The notes under the pieces were generated by a model. The model saw only the letters and a list, made by a program, of their open reading frames with translations. It was not told the origin of the DNA and made no database searches. The position numbers and the translations under genes were made by a program. This document shows positions 29,660-41,994 of a DNA stretch of 64,000 nt, piece after piece; the first letter of the stretch is position 1; each line of letters opens with the position of its first letter. This DNA is from Giardia intestinalis (lineage: Eukaryota): assembly GCA_000002435.2 (NCBI GenBank), contig CM018790.1; one strand, written 5' to 3'.

Positions 29660-32600
29660 ATGATCATTCTTTTAGGTATACTTTTTGCCTCTCAAGCAGC
29701 GAAGTGTACGCACTCCTACCAGGTCAACGATTGCGCAGAGGACCATTGTGAGGAGATCAACGGCCATGAGCTGTGCACAGAGTGCAAGAACGATGGCTAC
29801 ATACCCTTCAATGGTTACTGCCTTAAATATGATAGTGGCCGATACTCCTCGTGCAAGAATGCAGATGGTTCAGCCATTACAAACCAAAAGAAATGTGGCA
29901 TGTGCACAGGCTCCATGCATCTATATAAAGGAGGCTGTTACTCGTGCGGCAACTTTTACCCCGGGAATCTTATTTGCAAGGAATGTGATAGAGGGGTTTG
30001 CACGTCTTGCACGTCTAACTTCTTCAAAAACCCTGCTGCGTCGCAAACGGTTGACTCGTGTGTTCGGTGCGATGACACAACGGGGGTGTCGGGCTATGTG
30101 GGTGTTACTGATTGTTTACGATGTTCGCTGCCGTCTAATTCTAAAGTAGCTAAGTGCCGCACATGCAAGCTCTCGACACACAAGCCCAATCTGGAAGGTA
30201 ACGCCTGCTATAAGTGCAGAACACCTGATTGCTATAGATGTAAGGCTGATAACGCTTGCGAGGTTTGCGGTAACTTTAAGTATCTTCAAGGGACAACTAA
30301 GCCCTATTGCGTTTCTGCATGTGGAGTAGGTTTCTACAGTGTATCAGTTCCTTCTCTCCAATGCAAGAAGTGCTCTGCTACATGCCGCGCCTGCGAAGGA
30401 CCTAATGAGAGAGATTGCACAGCCTGCCGTGAATCAGAGAATTATTTTTTGGCAGCAACAAATGGGGTAGGCAAATGCATTTCCTGTGGCGACGAACGTG
30501 GATACTCTGGCTGGATGGGTGTGGCAAACTGCAAGACTTGCTATCCTCCGAATGGCCCCGGAGTAGCTACGTGCAACAAGTGCGAGCGAGGCTATTCTCT
30601 TGTTGACGGAAAATGCAAAGCAGATTGTGATGACACCAGTGGTCAGTGTGCGGCAAAGGGGTGTCACGTTACTATAGGCGATAAAAGCTTCTGTTCTCTT
30701 TGTAATACGGGATATGCACCTGTCGACGGAATATGCACAACTGTTCAACCTGATAATCCGTCTGGCTGTGTTGCCAATAATGGACAATGTAACAAATGTG
30801 GCGCAGGCTATTTCCTTTATTATGGCGGATGTTACAGTGGCTCAACTGAAGTTCATAAGACCATCTGTTTGGAAGTTGGAACTGAGTCTGATCGTGTTGG
30901 GTTGTGTAAGACGTGCGCAGACGGATTTCAAAACAAAGATGGTGTATGTATACTCTGCTGGGACCCTGATTGTAAAGTGTGCAGCAAAGATACAACAAAG
31001 TGTGAAGTTTGCCGCGATGGATATTATGATCCTGAATTTTGCAAACGTTGTCATAGTAGCTGTAAGACATGTATGGGGGAAAGTTCAAAACAGTGCCTTA
31101 CGTGTCCTTCTAACCAATATCTGCGACCTATATACGATAATGCTGGAATGTGCGTAGAGAGTACAAACTGTGGCTATGGGATGTACGGGGACAGCTCTTC
31201 TTATAAGTGTGTCTCATGCAGCGCGGGATGTTTGACTTGTAAGGCGGCAGGGGACGACAAGTGCACATCTTGCCCTATTCGGACGCACTTTCTTGACGGA
31301 TCTGAAAGTGGTGCTGGACGCTGCATAGAATGCGGGAACACTACTAATGCCAAAGGGATTGATGGTTGTAGAGAATGTACCATGGAAAGTGACTCGGTTA
31401 AATGCCTTGTTTGCAAAGCTGGCTATACATTAGTTAATGGCAAATGCCAGTCCCACTGTCAGGATTCCAATTGCGCGGCGGGTTCGTGCGTGGTGGGAAT
31501 AGGCGAGAATCTGTACTGTAGCTTGTGCAAGACGGATGGACACGCGCCTGTGGACGGCATTTGCACTGATGTAACAAGCGCACACCCCAGCGGTTGCGTG
31601 ACTGGCGTAGGCTCTGACTCAGCGCGGAGCTGTCTTCAGTGTGGTGCGGGGTACTTCCTGTACATGGGTGGCTGCTACCAGGAGAACAAGGAGCCCGGAA
31701 AAAGCGTCTGTACTTGGGTCGGTATAGTTGGTTCTGTCAACAAAAACAACTACGGTCTCGGTCTTTGCAATGCATGTGCCGCCGGTTACGAGAACCAAGA
31801 CGGAATCTGCCGCCCCTGTACCACGGTGAATTGTGAGCGGTGCCGGATGGATGACCAGAGGGATGTGTGCACACACTGCATGGTCGGGTACGTTCTGGAT
31901 CAAGCAGGCACATGCACCACCAAGACCACAGGTTCATGTACGGTCCCAGATTGCGCCGAGTGTGCTGATGGCAGGAAGTGTCGGCGTTGTGGGCCCGGGT
32001 TCTTCCTCACCAGTGTGGGGACCTGCGTAGGTAACTGCCGAAACATCCCCGGGTACTACGCACTTGATGCCACGGGAGAGGCCCCCGCAAGGTGCGCTCT
32101 GTGTGAGATCCCGAACTGCAAAGAGTGTGGAGCCGGTAAGCTTTGTGCTGTGTGCTCGGACGGGTACTTCTCCGACAACGGAGTCTGCACTCCTTGCGAC
32201 AGCACGTGCGCCACCTGCGTAGCTAAGGGCCCCAGTAGCTGCGTGTCTTGCCCGTCGGGCTACGCGGTAACGTCTGAATCGGGGGTCGGGGAGTGCAAGA
32301 AACCGTGTACCCCGTCAGCCGACGGCTGCAAGAGGTGCGACGCGAGCATCGACGGGGCAAGCTACTGCTCTGTATGCAGCGTGCAGACCGCATTCCCTCT
32401 GAACGGCAAATGCGTCGGGCTCTCCGCACGGGCAGGGTCCGCGTGCGTCTCTGTGGTCGACGGCGCCTGCACGAGTTGTGCAGACGGATACTTCCTCCTG
32501 TCGGGAGGATGCTACCAGGTGGACACATATCCTGGACGCACCGTCTGCCATGCAGAGGAGAGGGGCGTGTGCACCAAGGGCGCGCACGGAAAGATGGTCA

Positions 32601-33163
32601 GCGAGTCGGGCATCCTTCAAGAGTGCTCGATCGCAAACTGCGCCGAATGCACGGCCGACGCCTGCGTGACATGCAGGCTGGGGTATGTGAGCGTGAACGG
32701 CCAGTGCCAGAAATGCGCCCAGGGCTGCGTCACCTGCACTGCCCCGGACAATCCACAGATGTGCACCCTCTGTGACACAGGGTACTACCAGTCGACAACT
32801 GGATCGGCGTTCACATGCACAGCATGCGGTGCGGACAACAACGGCATGAAAGGGGTCGACGGATGCACTTACTGCATGCCTCCTGAGGGCAAGGTCGGAT
32901 CCGTCCTCTGCTATTCCTTTGATGCGCTCCCGAGCATCATCCCGACTCCGGCTCCAGCCCCAGCCCCAGCCCCGAGCTCGACAAGGAAGACAGCCATGAT
33001 AGCCGGAGTGTCCGTGGCTGCGGTTCTCCTCGTTGGGTCGGTGGTCGGCTTTCTCCTGTGGTGGTTCCTGTATAGACGCACGCAGCCCTATGGGGCGAAG
33101 CACGTTGCTCTTAGCCGGAAGCGTATTCCCACTACTGCATCTATCACTACACCGTTGAATTGA
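29660..33163 (+). CDS. High-cysteine membrane protein (HCMP; non-VSP, no CRGKA tail), 1167 aa. It has a signal peptide, three ~280-aa Cys-rich modules, a Pro-Ala repeat, a C-terminal TM helix and a short basic tail.
   Basis: N-terminal MIILLGILFASQAAKC, with dozens of CXXC and three GGCY motifs. C-terminal MIAGVSVAAVLLVGSVVGFLLWWF is followed by YRRTQ... ATG at 29660 preceded by TATATTTAAA. The last ~250 bp lie in the right repeat arm. Confidence 0.9.
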   Translation: MIILLGILFASQAAKCTHSYQVNDCAEDHCEEINGHELCTECKNDGYIPFNGYCLKYDSGRYSSCKNADGSAITNQKKCGMCTGSMHLYKGGCYSCGNFYPGNLICKECDRGVCTSCTSNFFKNPAASQTVDSCVRCDDTTGVSGYVGVTDCLRCSLPSNSKVAKCRTCKLSTHKPNLEGNACYKCRTPDCYRCKADNACEVCGNFKYLQGTTKPYCVSACGVGFYSVSVPSLQCKKCSATCRACEGPNERDCTACRESENYFLAATNGVGKCISCGDERGYSGWMGVANCKTCYPPNGPGVATCNKCERGYSLVDGKCKADCDDTSGQCAAKGCHVTIGDKSFCSLCNTGYAPVDGICTTVQPDNPSGCVANNGQCNKCGAGYFLYYGGCYSGSTEVHKTICLEVGTESDRVGLCKTCADGFQNKDGVCILCWDPDCKVCSKDTTKCEVCRDGYYDPEFCKRCHSSCKTCMGESSKQCLTCPSNQYLRPIYDNAGMCVESTNCGYGMYGDSSSYKCVSCSAGCLTCKAAGDDKCTSCPIRTHFLDGSESGAGRCIECGNTTNAKGIDGCRECTMESDSVKCLVCKAGYTLVNGKCQSHCQDSNCAAGSCVVGIGENLYCSLCKTDGHAPVDGICTDVTSAHPSGCVTGVGSDSARSCLQCGAGYFLYMGGCYQENKEPGKSVCTWVGIVGSVNKNNYGLGLCNACAAGYENQDGICRPCTTVNCERCRMDDQRDVCTHCMVGYVLDQAGTCTTKTTGSCTVPDCAECADGRKCRRCGPGFFLTSVGTCVGNCRNIPGYYALDATGEAPARCALCEIPNCKECGAGKLCAVCSDGYFSDNGVCTPCDSTCATCVAKGPSSCVSCPSGYAVTSESGVGECKKPCTPSADGCKRCDASIDGASYCSVCSVQTAFPLNGKCVGLSARAGSACVSVVDGACTSCADGYFLLSGGCYQVDTYPGRTVCHAEERGVCTKGAHGKMVSESGILQECSIANCAECTADACVTCRLGYVSVNGQCQKCAQGCVTCTAPDNPQMCTLCDTGYYQSTTGSAFTCTACGADNNGMKGVDGCTYCMPPEGKVGSVLCYSFDALPSIIPTPAPAPAPAPSSTRKTAMIAGVSVAAVLLVGSVVGFLLWWFLYRRTQPYGAKHVALSRKRIPTTASITTPLN
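30000..32510 (+). repeat. Three tandem intragenic ~840-bp modules inside the HCMP gene, each ending in C(x)AGYFLxxGGCY.
   Basis: Protein-level repeats KCGAGYFLYYGGCY (~30800), LQCGAGYFLYMGGCY (~31640) and CADGYFLLSGGCY (~32480), with similar upstream CSLC/CSVC blocks. Confidence 0.5.
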
Positions 33164-33164
33164 A

Positions 33165-36085
33165 TACTATTTGGGGTTCTTGCTTTATCCTCAGCTTTGT
33201 AGCTACCTCTTATGGACATCTGCACTGCTAAAAGAATCCTCCACATCCTACCCAACTGAAGTAAATTTGGCCCGCCAAGATCACTGTGGCTAGTCGCTTC
33301 CAATCTCCTTCCGGCCGTTCTTGGGGCGGCTCTGCAAGTTGTTGGAAGCTCCCTTCAGCAGCATAGGCTTCGCAAGCTTGCTAGCAGAATTCTCTATCCT
33401 CTTCCTAAGTGGAGCCAACAACGTGACTGTATCTATCTAACTAAACTTAACCCAAGTGGTATAGTAATGCTCTCAGCGGTATTCTGTGTGTCTTCTTTCC
33501 TTAGAAGAAGCTGCTTTGAAGTTTTACTGTAACGTTATCTAACAGTATATAGTATCGCTGCTGCGCCTCCCAACTTTGCTGTTCTACAACACATAATAAA
33601 TTTCTATGCCAGCCCTACAGTTTTATTCTGCATTGACAACGAAGGTATATGGCGGTCATGCATCGAATTACAACCTCATTGAGAAGCATGAACTCGGCAG
33701 TAGATTGGTGGTTATATTTAGCTGCAAGAGTAGAATTGAGTGTCCATACTCATTCCGCATATCAGTCTTGCAGGTGATCACCAAGCTTCTTATAGTCAGA
33801 TGAACATATTGAACTGTCTTTCTTGAAGTTGCTGTTCTAATATTATCTTATGTTTTAGTTTTAGGTTTACAATGGAGTATCCCGTCATTAAGGATGTTGT
33901 CGTTATCTGCAAGCATTATAGAGCGTCGGCACACGAATCCTCGGAGGCTGTATTCTATGGCACGATCTTCTATATTATCCCGGTTCATCTTTCTTTCAAT
34001 GACAAGGACACTACTTGCAGCTTTGAGCCCATAAGGTAGACGTTATTGGGAAGAAAAACTCATAGGAATGGATGCTAGAGTTCAGGTGTTGGGAGCATAA
34101 CTTGTCCGCGCGTAACTTTGGATCTGGAAGCTACGCTTATCTGTTTCCGCAAAATACTAACTTACAAGGCATTCGTATAGCGTTTAGGGTCTATGTGAAT
34201 AATATTCCCGTCTCTACCATAAGTTTTGATGCATCTACAACTATAGTGATTAGTATCTTGGCTGAGCGTCTATAGTATCTGCTTCACACGTCTCAGAGAG
34301 AGGACGTTATTATCAGTTCATGGTGGAAAAGAGTCAGTGGAGAGGCGTGAGTCTGCTCTTGTCCAGCAAGAAAGTTAGCGAATCCCTTGCGATGAATCTA
34401 TAGCAATATAATGAAGATTCTGCTTTTAGTCACCTAGTTACAATGGGAGCGTTAGGAGATAATGGACAAATGATGGCTTAAACTTAGGGACGTTTGTATT
34501 ACTTTGTCCAGACCATCGATCAGCCTTTTCACAAGAAGTGGAGTAATCTAAAAACAGGCTAATTTTGTACTGTTTTGCCATATATCAATTCATCAAGCTA
34601 GCTATCTAAGACTGAATTTATATGCATAAGATCCCCTATTGTAAGACTAAACGCAAGGCCCTTTTTATTAGTTAGTAGTTGTGGTTCTGGAAAAGTAGGT
34701 ATAACCGGATGAGTTCTTTGAACGTCACAAAAAGCTCCTTATCACCCAGCATGCCCTGCAGAGAGTGCAAGGGCCAATTACTCCAGAAGCCTGTCACTCC
34801 TTGACTAGGTTCTAATGGCAAACATAAAAGGGAGTGGTTATTATTCGCATAGAACTTCTCATATCATCCTATCATCATGCAGAGCGCCCTTCTGCATACG
34901 CTGGCCTATCAATCTTTATCTGATCTAGTAACAAATTACAATCCTGTGACGCACTTGCTAGTATTCCATATCAGCCACTCCTTAGTTCTATAATTAGGAC
35001 TGCTATCCTATCGATACTCACCGATGATATGATATACGTTACACTTCGCATGTGTATTTGCTGATAGAGCATTTTACTATCAACTAACTAACACTCAGAT
35101 GAGCCAGATGGTGTTATAATATCAATGTACACGATAATCATCATTGGGTCTTGTTCTAGCTATATAAACGGAACCTTTAGGGACTCTGCTTTTAATAGAT
35201 TACTAGAAAGGTACATTCTATGTCATCAATTGTGCTGTTTCTGGTTACATTATTCTATAGACTGCACTGCTTCTTACCATGTGCACTACTTTCACGGAGT
35301 TAGGTCTCGCTATAAGCTTCAGTTTATCTGCCATACTAGATGTTTCACTGCTTGTAGATTAAAGCCTGTTGTATCTTATTTATGCGCTTATTAATGAGTT
35401 AATTAGGGGTTATACATCCAGATGCTCCCCACTCCATCATTTGCATTCTTACATTCATGACACTTATTACTGCCCTGTACATTTGGCTTGCTGACATATT
35501 CAGACAACTATCTCTTTCATCGATATGTAGCCGCTTCTAATCTGCATCATTTATTTATAGAACTTGTGTACAGCTGCTTTATCTATTTTACTTACGTTCA
35601 CGATGACCTTATTAATAAGCTGATTATGTCCTCTACAACTAGGTACGTTTTTATGTCTGGTGTCACTGACCGCAGTTCCAGCCACTTCATTGCAAGCAGC
35701 AAAGGATTGCTTGATCTCTATAGGGCATGGATGTTTAAGGGTGTGTTGGCAGTCTTATATAGATATACTTCTTCTATTCTGCCAATCGCGCCCTTGCATC
35801 TTCAGACATATTTTCATTGTCCTAGTAAAGTTATTGCATTCTCTTCCGTATGAAAAATAAATATTACTCACTGAATAGATATCTCATTCTTACAAGTATA
35901 ATTTTGGAGCTGGTGGATGCCGTATTAACAAGACTGTTACCACTCGATTATACTCACGTAGCGTAAGTCTGTGTCTATAACACTGGCACATGCTTAGCAT
36001 TTATCTAAGCTTGCTTTTCCTGGTACGCATTTCTTTGTTAATGCTTATGCGATCTGGCTAACCTTAAGTGAAACTACCAACATAG
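33165..36085. other. AT-rich non-coding tract, right-arm copy.
   Basis: Mirror of 24670..27590. Confidence 0.5.
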
Positions 36086-36179
36086 TCAGTTGGTTAGCAA
36101 GAGCGTTGAGCACAAATGACACAGCTGAAAATGAAGGGCTAGCACCTTATTAAGTAACATGACCAGATAATGACTATAA

Positions 36180-39100
36180 GGCAAACGCCCTATGAACATA
36201 CCTCTGTCCACCGAGATTGGTTTGTTAGCTGCCGTCCGAGCAAATTCTATGCGAGTTTCTACACCAGGGGGGTCTTCGATCATTTACCTGTTCGATGTCT
36301 GAACCCAGAGTCCGAGAATCGGGCGCCGTCCAGCTCCGGCGGAAGAAGAAGCCCAGACGAAGGAGCCGATAGCCCCGACGTCCAGCCTTTAACAAATAAC
36401 AGACCCGCGACTGCTCCCATGAAGGTGCCACCGAGGAAGGTCCATAGGACTCTGGAGCGAAGCGCCAAGAAAGCGCCCAGTAGGATGAACGAAAGAGCAA
36501 GGAGATGAGAGCAGGGAAGCTCTCACATTCTCCTCCCCCCAACGAACATCCCTGTGCCAGAGAACGGTTGCATGGTGGCAGGGCTCTCAATGACCGTTTC
36601 TCTAGGAGACCACCTAGCCCTGAAGGGGTCACTCGCTGACTACATGAACTGGCTCAAGAACGCCGGGTTCACTAAGAGACTGCACCCTTGGGGACCTCCT
36701 ACGCGATCCACAGCACGAAGAGCCACTCGACCACTTCTGCGTCTCCTGCCATGTCTCTTTCGACTTCTAAAGGGTCTCGAGCAGCACGTCTGGAGAACCC
36801 TCTCCCGCTTTGGGCTCCTCTTGCTGCTCCTTCTGCAGCTTTGCGACCGACAGACGGTGCCAGCACACGCACACCGAGCCTTGTCGCCCAAGTGCGGTGT
36901 CCCACGCGGGCCCTCACCGTTGCCCGTCGCGATGCTCTGGACAGAAAGCATCGGACCGGAGCGCTTCCCAGATTCCTCGGAGGCGCTCAGGGACGACCCC
37001 AACTATCTGCCAGGACAGGCCAAGTCTGTGCGGTTGAGAGACCAGCAACACCAGAGCGCCCTTGAGTTGCTCGCAGCCCGGTGGAGCCAGGTCAGCCCTT
37101 GCCTCAAACAGGGGTCCCAGTCGCTGGTTGTCCCCAGAGGGTCGTGTAACCTGCAGAACTCTAAAAGGGAGGCGTCGCTCCGAACACACACCAGTGCACC
37201 GTGAACCCTACCCCTCACGGGGGAGAGATCAGGTATCACACCAAGAACGAGGACCTTAGGAACCTGATGGAGAGGAGCGCCCTACGCTGGAGTGGCACCA
37301 GGCGAACGTTGAACTAGTAGGAGCGGAAGAGCACATGCCTGTCCTGAGCGAAGACCCTCCGCGGTGAGGCCGTCCAGACGTATGCAGCACAGACACCGGA
37401 TGCAGGGCGCCACTGAGTGGAGTAATAGGAATAGAGAAGGACATCCCCTTCAGCACCCATCGTGCGAACGTGCTCACGGGAAGGTACCTAGCACCCCGCA
37501 GAGCCCCAGGTGAGAGCCGAGGAGACGTGCCTCGCTCACACAGCGGGGAAGCGGAGGAGCGGCATTCACCATCCTACTGCCCGGCCTGCAGCCTCTGCCT
37601 CGCCTCGAGGGGGAGCTGCACCCTGACAGCGCCACCGACGACCAGCACCTTGCTATCCAGAGGGCCGGATCAGGACGGCCTGGCTCCTGAGGGATACGGA
37701 CCCTCTCAGCCATCGGAGAGCACGGACGGCCCTACCAGATCACCGACGAAGAGACGGCCAGGGCGACTAGTCCACGGGGCTTGAAGTCCCCGGGCCCTCT
37801 GGCCTGGACCTGCGCTGGCAAGCCCCCATCCGGGTGCAGGCGTTCCGGGGCCCCTAAACAGGCCTTCAGCGAGATTATCAGCGCGACCCATAGGATGGGA
37901 CGCGTGCTCTGTACGGTTCCGTCTGGTCCTTCCTCAAGAATGAGACAGGGCGACCACAATCAATGGACGATCATGATTCGCTCCACAAGGTAGTCCCGAG
38001 GAGCTGCGTCGAGGCCTTCCTCCGGCTGCGCCACGCTGCACCCCTGGGCTCGGTCCCTCGGGGTCCTGAGCATTCTTCTGTGCTGCGGGAGACAGAACCT
38101 GCTCACCAGGAGCTGAAGGAGATGCCCCGCTCACTGCCCATGTCGACGACACACTCAGCTTCCATAGTGACGACAGTGACACGACGGGGATAGTCACAGA
38201 GGCGACAGGCCTGGCGAAACGCTATAGCTCGACGGTCAGCACTGGGTATAGGAGCACAGAGGGACAGGAGGCCTCCTTTCTAACTAGTCTCGAAGGAGCT
38301 CCCAGGGCAATCGAGGGCCGAAACTAGTGATGGCACCAATCACTGCCCACTGGCCGGGATGGACCCACACGTGACCCATGTGAATCCCTCGACAAGAGAT
38401 GGGGCCCCTGGGGTGTCTGGTTGGCAGAGGCAGACTGATCCTGCCCACACCGAAGAGCGGTGACCTGGGCCACCCGCCAGGCGTCTGCCGCAGCAGCTGG
38501 CAGTGCCTGACACCCTCGAGTAGACGGGTGCCGGCTGCCGAGCGGGACAACCAAGCGGCGAACCGGTCCTGATCGCTTCTGATGCTTTGGACGACGCCTC
38601 GACAGACCGAATCATTCCCCCAAGCGTGCTGTGCGGTGCAGATGGACCAGCCCACACGTCACTGAGCCAGACGCACTGCACAGGGTGAGCGCTGACATGA
38701 TCTCGTGCTGGGTGACGGACCACCTGCAAAAGCGCCCTGCGATCCGTGAGCAGAGGGCCGGACCTCTCCCCGACACAACGCATGGGAGTACTCCATCGGC
38801 ATCCACGAACGCGTACTATGACTCCAAGATGGAGGCGTATGGGGAGCGCACCTCCGACAATAGGGTCGATGATCCACGTCATGGGGAGACAAAGAGGCAC
38901 CCGAGGAACGGGGTAGACACCCGAGGTCGTGGCGTGCGATCCTCGTCGTAGAGCACCAGGGCCACGTGGAGGCCAGGCTGCTGTGACCGACGGCAGGCCC
39001 GGGACAGCAGGTGCTCAATAGCTATCAGGCGATGGTTGACCCCGACGAGCCAGAGGAAGGGGGAACCCTGGAGGCACCGCGAGGAGCGGCAGCTTCCAGG

Positions 39101-39270
39101 GGAGGGGGGCATAGAAGTTCTTCCGCCGGGATCCGAGGACATCCGACTCTCGGATTCCGGATCTCAGCTAATGCATGGGTGAGAAGCTTGCCCAGGATGG
39201 CGGCTCGCATGGGAGATCACTCAGGTAGTAGGCGACAGCCCTACCCCGGTGAAGTGGAGAGTAAATAGGG
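36180..39270. repeat. GC-rich dispersed-repeat element, right-arm copy.
   Basis: Mirror of 21485..24575. Same orientation as the partial copy at 3940..4990. Confidence 0.65.
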
Positions 39271-39712
39271 GGAATCATTCGTACTAAACTTATCAAGTGA
39301 CAAGATCGGATGGTGAAATGTATCTACTATCAGTGAACTACATCATAAGACAACATATTGCAAGGAACAAGGACTGTTAGATATGTTCTTATGAGAAACC
39401 TTGTAGGCTCGTCTTTATAGTACATCTTTAACTGTTAGATTGAAGATCTACAGAGGAACGGTTATCTTCATACAAAAAGATATGCTATTCTTAGCAATGA
39501 TCAATGAAGTATGTTGTTTGAAAACTCATTAACCCATCACTTCAAGTGCTGGATGGCAAACCAGAATGACAAATGGGTGCTCAAGCGAGAGGATAATCAT
39601 CGATTGACACGCTTGTACACCAGGAAGAAGTGACGGCTCCGCGTCAGCCTGGAGCAACCAGCCTCGGTCCCAAAGACCCGGTGAAGACGTCTGCGCCGGC
39701 ACCAAGCAAAGC

Positions 39713-39784
39713 CGCGGTCACCGGGAATCGAACCCGGGTCACGTGAGTGACAGTCACGCATACTAGCCACTGTACTATGACCGC
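39713..39784 (-). tRNA. tRNA-Asp (GTC), second copy within the right repeat arm.
   Basis: Exact reverse complement of 20971..21042. Confidence 0.88.
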
Positions 39785-40334
39785 ACGGCGGTGCAGACAT
39801 ATGAAAATCATATTAAATATTAGTCATAAGGAGCAGTAGGTCACAGCTCTTGTTTTCCGCTATACATAATTTGTAACGTCTGCTCCAACCCTTATCTTGC
39901 AGGTAGGACGGCTCCATTAGGCGATGACCGCTTAGGTTGAAGCGCTGGAGCTTTCCTAGCCTCTTGGTGAGCTGATGACGGTTTCTCAAGCATATATACT
40001 TATATCGACATAAGGACTCACGCTACCAATCATCGTAGAAGCTCTTGGTATTACTAAACAAGATACAGAGAAGCAAGTTAGACCATGTACTGGGGCTAAG
40101 GATAGATAGACGATTTCCGATAGTGTCATTGTGAAGCAAGGAAACAACTACTAACATGGTTTATGCATTATGTGCAAGCGCAGAATTTTTATACAACCTA
40201 TTTGCAATACACAGGTAACACGACGGGTAGCCATTGTACGGAGTATATCACACAGCTTGAAACAACCACATGTAGTGGAAGAACCAATATAATAAACCTC
40301 TAATAGAACGAGTTGTTCGTGTGTCCATTCCTGA

Positions 40335-41994
40335 TTACCATTCGCCCCCTAAAATTTGCAGCAGCTCTGTGCTTTTTGCCTGGGAAAGAACACATTTGTC
40401 TTCTATAAACCTGTCCCTTGCACATTCTATAATCATGTCTATCAGCAGCTGATCAGAAAGAGAAGATGCAAACTTAATCGGACTGGTAACTGCAGCCGTC
40501 TTTCTGAGTGGCTCGTTGACAGTGGGTGGATCCTCCTTTTGAGCGCTAGTCAGTTCAGAGAACAATGGTAAACCCTGTTCTACTTCTTTAACCCCAAGTT
40601 GTTCAAGGAGAGAAGCTATGCCTATGAAGCACTGGCCGATATCAGTTGTATATGCGAGCAGTTTAGTCCAGGGGCTCACAGTGCTACTAAGAGACAGGTC
40701 TTTCAATGTCAGTTTCTTCAAATAGGATGATAGATTATCGCCGCTAAATTGATAGCTCTGAAAGACAATTAGATGGCTAACCGCACGTGTGATGGCCACG
40801 TTGACTCTATTAGGGAAATTGATATGCTCGGATCTTTCTGGCTCACGAATAAAGTGTCCATCCGTCGCTTGCACTAGGCTCACGATGATCACCAATTTCT
40901 CGCTTCCTTGGAAAGAATCGACGGTGGCTGCAGATACAGTTGAGAGTTTAGGTATAGCTTGGGGGGATACAGCGCCAGTCCTGCATGATCGAAAGATGGT
41001 ATTGTCTGTTAGGGAATTTTGTCTTTGAACTTCCTCAGCTGCCCTGCCAACCCCTGTCAGCTCAGAAGGCTCCGCGCCGTCTGCATCTAATAGGCTCTTC
41101 TCATCATGCACTGTCTTAAAGACAGAGAGGGCCCGCCGCAACAGCCCCTCGAGATAACTTGATTGTGCCCGGAATGGAGTAATAATTCCGATCTCGGAGG
41201 GAGGTACCTTGTGGTCCAGCACCAGGGCTGTGACCAGGCGAACAATTGCCTTGGCTTCTGTACTATTCTCTCTGCTCCCGCGGACCGTTCGGTCAAAAGA
41301 GCTTCCAAGGTGAACAGAGGATAAGAGCGGGAGGCCCTTGACGACAGGCGGATGTTCTGTGCCCATAGTGCAAACGCGTCTGCCGTAGAATAGGGCGCCT
41401 GCTAGATCTGCCACGGGGCGGCAGCAGCGGTACTGCGCCCACAGCGTCGTCGCCGGACAAAGCCGCGGAGAATGTTTGCCCTCTGTTAGGCCGATAAGGC
41501 GCTCGAAGGTCGATGCTCCTAGGGTGGCTGTGGCGGCGACCGGGGGAAGCTGCATGTTGTCTCCCGCCAAGAGCATCAGATCGACCTGATAACGCAGGGC
41601 TGCAAGCCCGCAAAGGAGGAGGGGCTCCGTTACCTGGCTGGCTTCGTCAACGATCACGAGGGGGAAGTAGTCGCAGTCGGAGACCAGCTCTGTTAGGCGG
41701 TTGAGAGACGCAAAGGTCGTGAAGATGACGAGGCGCTCGCCGAAGGCGATCAGAGGCTCGCCGAAAACGTGGAGCTCGGGGGCCGTGATCCCCGACCCAA
41801 CCCGGGAGACGACCTTTGGAAGAAGCTCTCCAATAGAAAGCCCTGCAGCTGCAGAGGCGAGGCGCCGGAGGAGGTTGTCGACCGCCACGTTTGTGTTCGC
41901 AACGACGAGGATGCGCGGCCTGAAGACCCAAGAGTCCGTGGCCTCCGGAAGGGCCTCTAGGAGCAGCAGGAGAAGCGCCGTTAGGACTCGAGAT
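40335..41994 (-). pseudogene. Truncated duplicate of the helicase 3' half (from the Walker-A codon to the stop) with no ATG or promoter.
   Basis: Identical to 18761..20420. An in-frame TGA lies 5 codons upstream of the break point. The track ORF starts on a GTG. Confidence 0.7.

Larger units (their letters stand above)
32915..41994. repeat. Right arm (9080 bp) of the large inverted repeat, reverse complement of 18761..27834.
   Basis: Mirror-identical ORF set. Differences seen: 2-3 SNPs (for example 22100..22471 versus 38284..38655, T/A and I/V) and a 6-bp Pro-Ala unit indel near the inner edge. Confidence 0.85.

Noticed and set aside
29660-33163. Classifying the cysteine-rich surface protein as a VSP.
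   Set aside because: It lacks the invariant C-terminal CRGKA tail. It has a longer divergent cytoplasmic tail, so it is an HCMP rather than a variant-specific surface protein.
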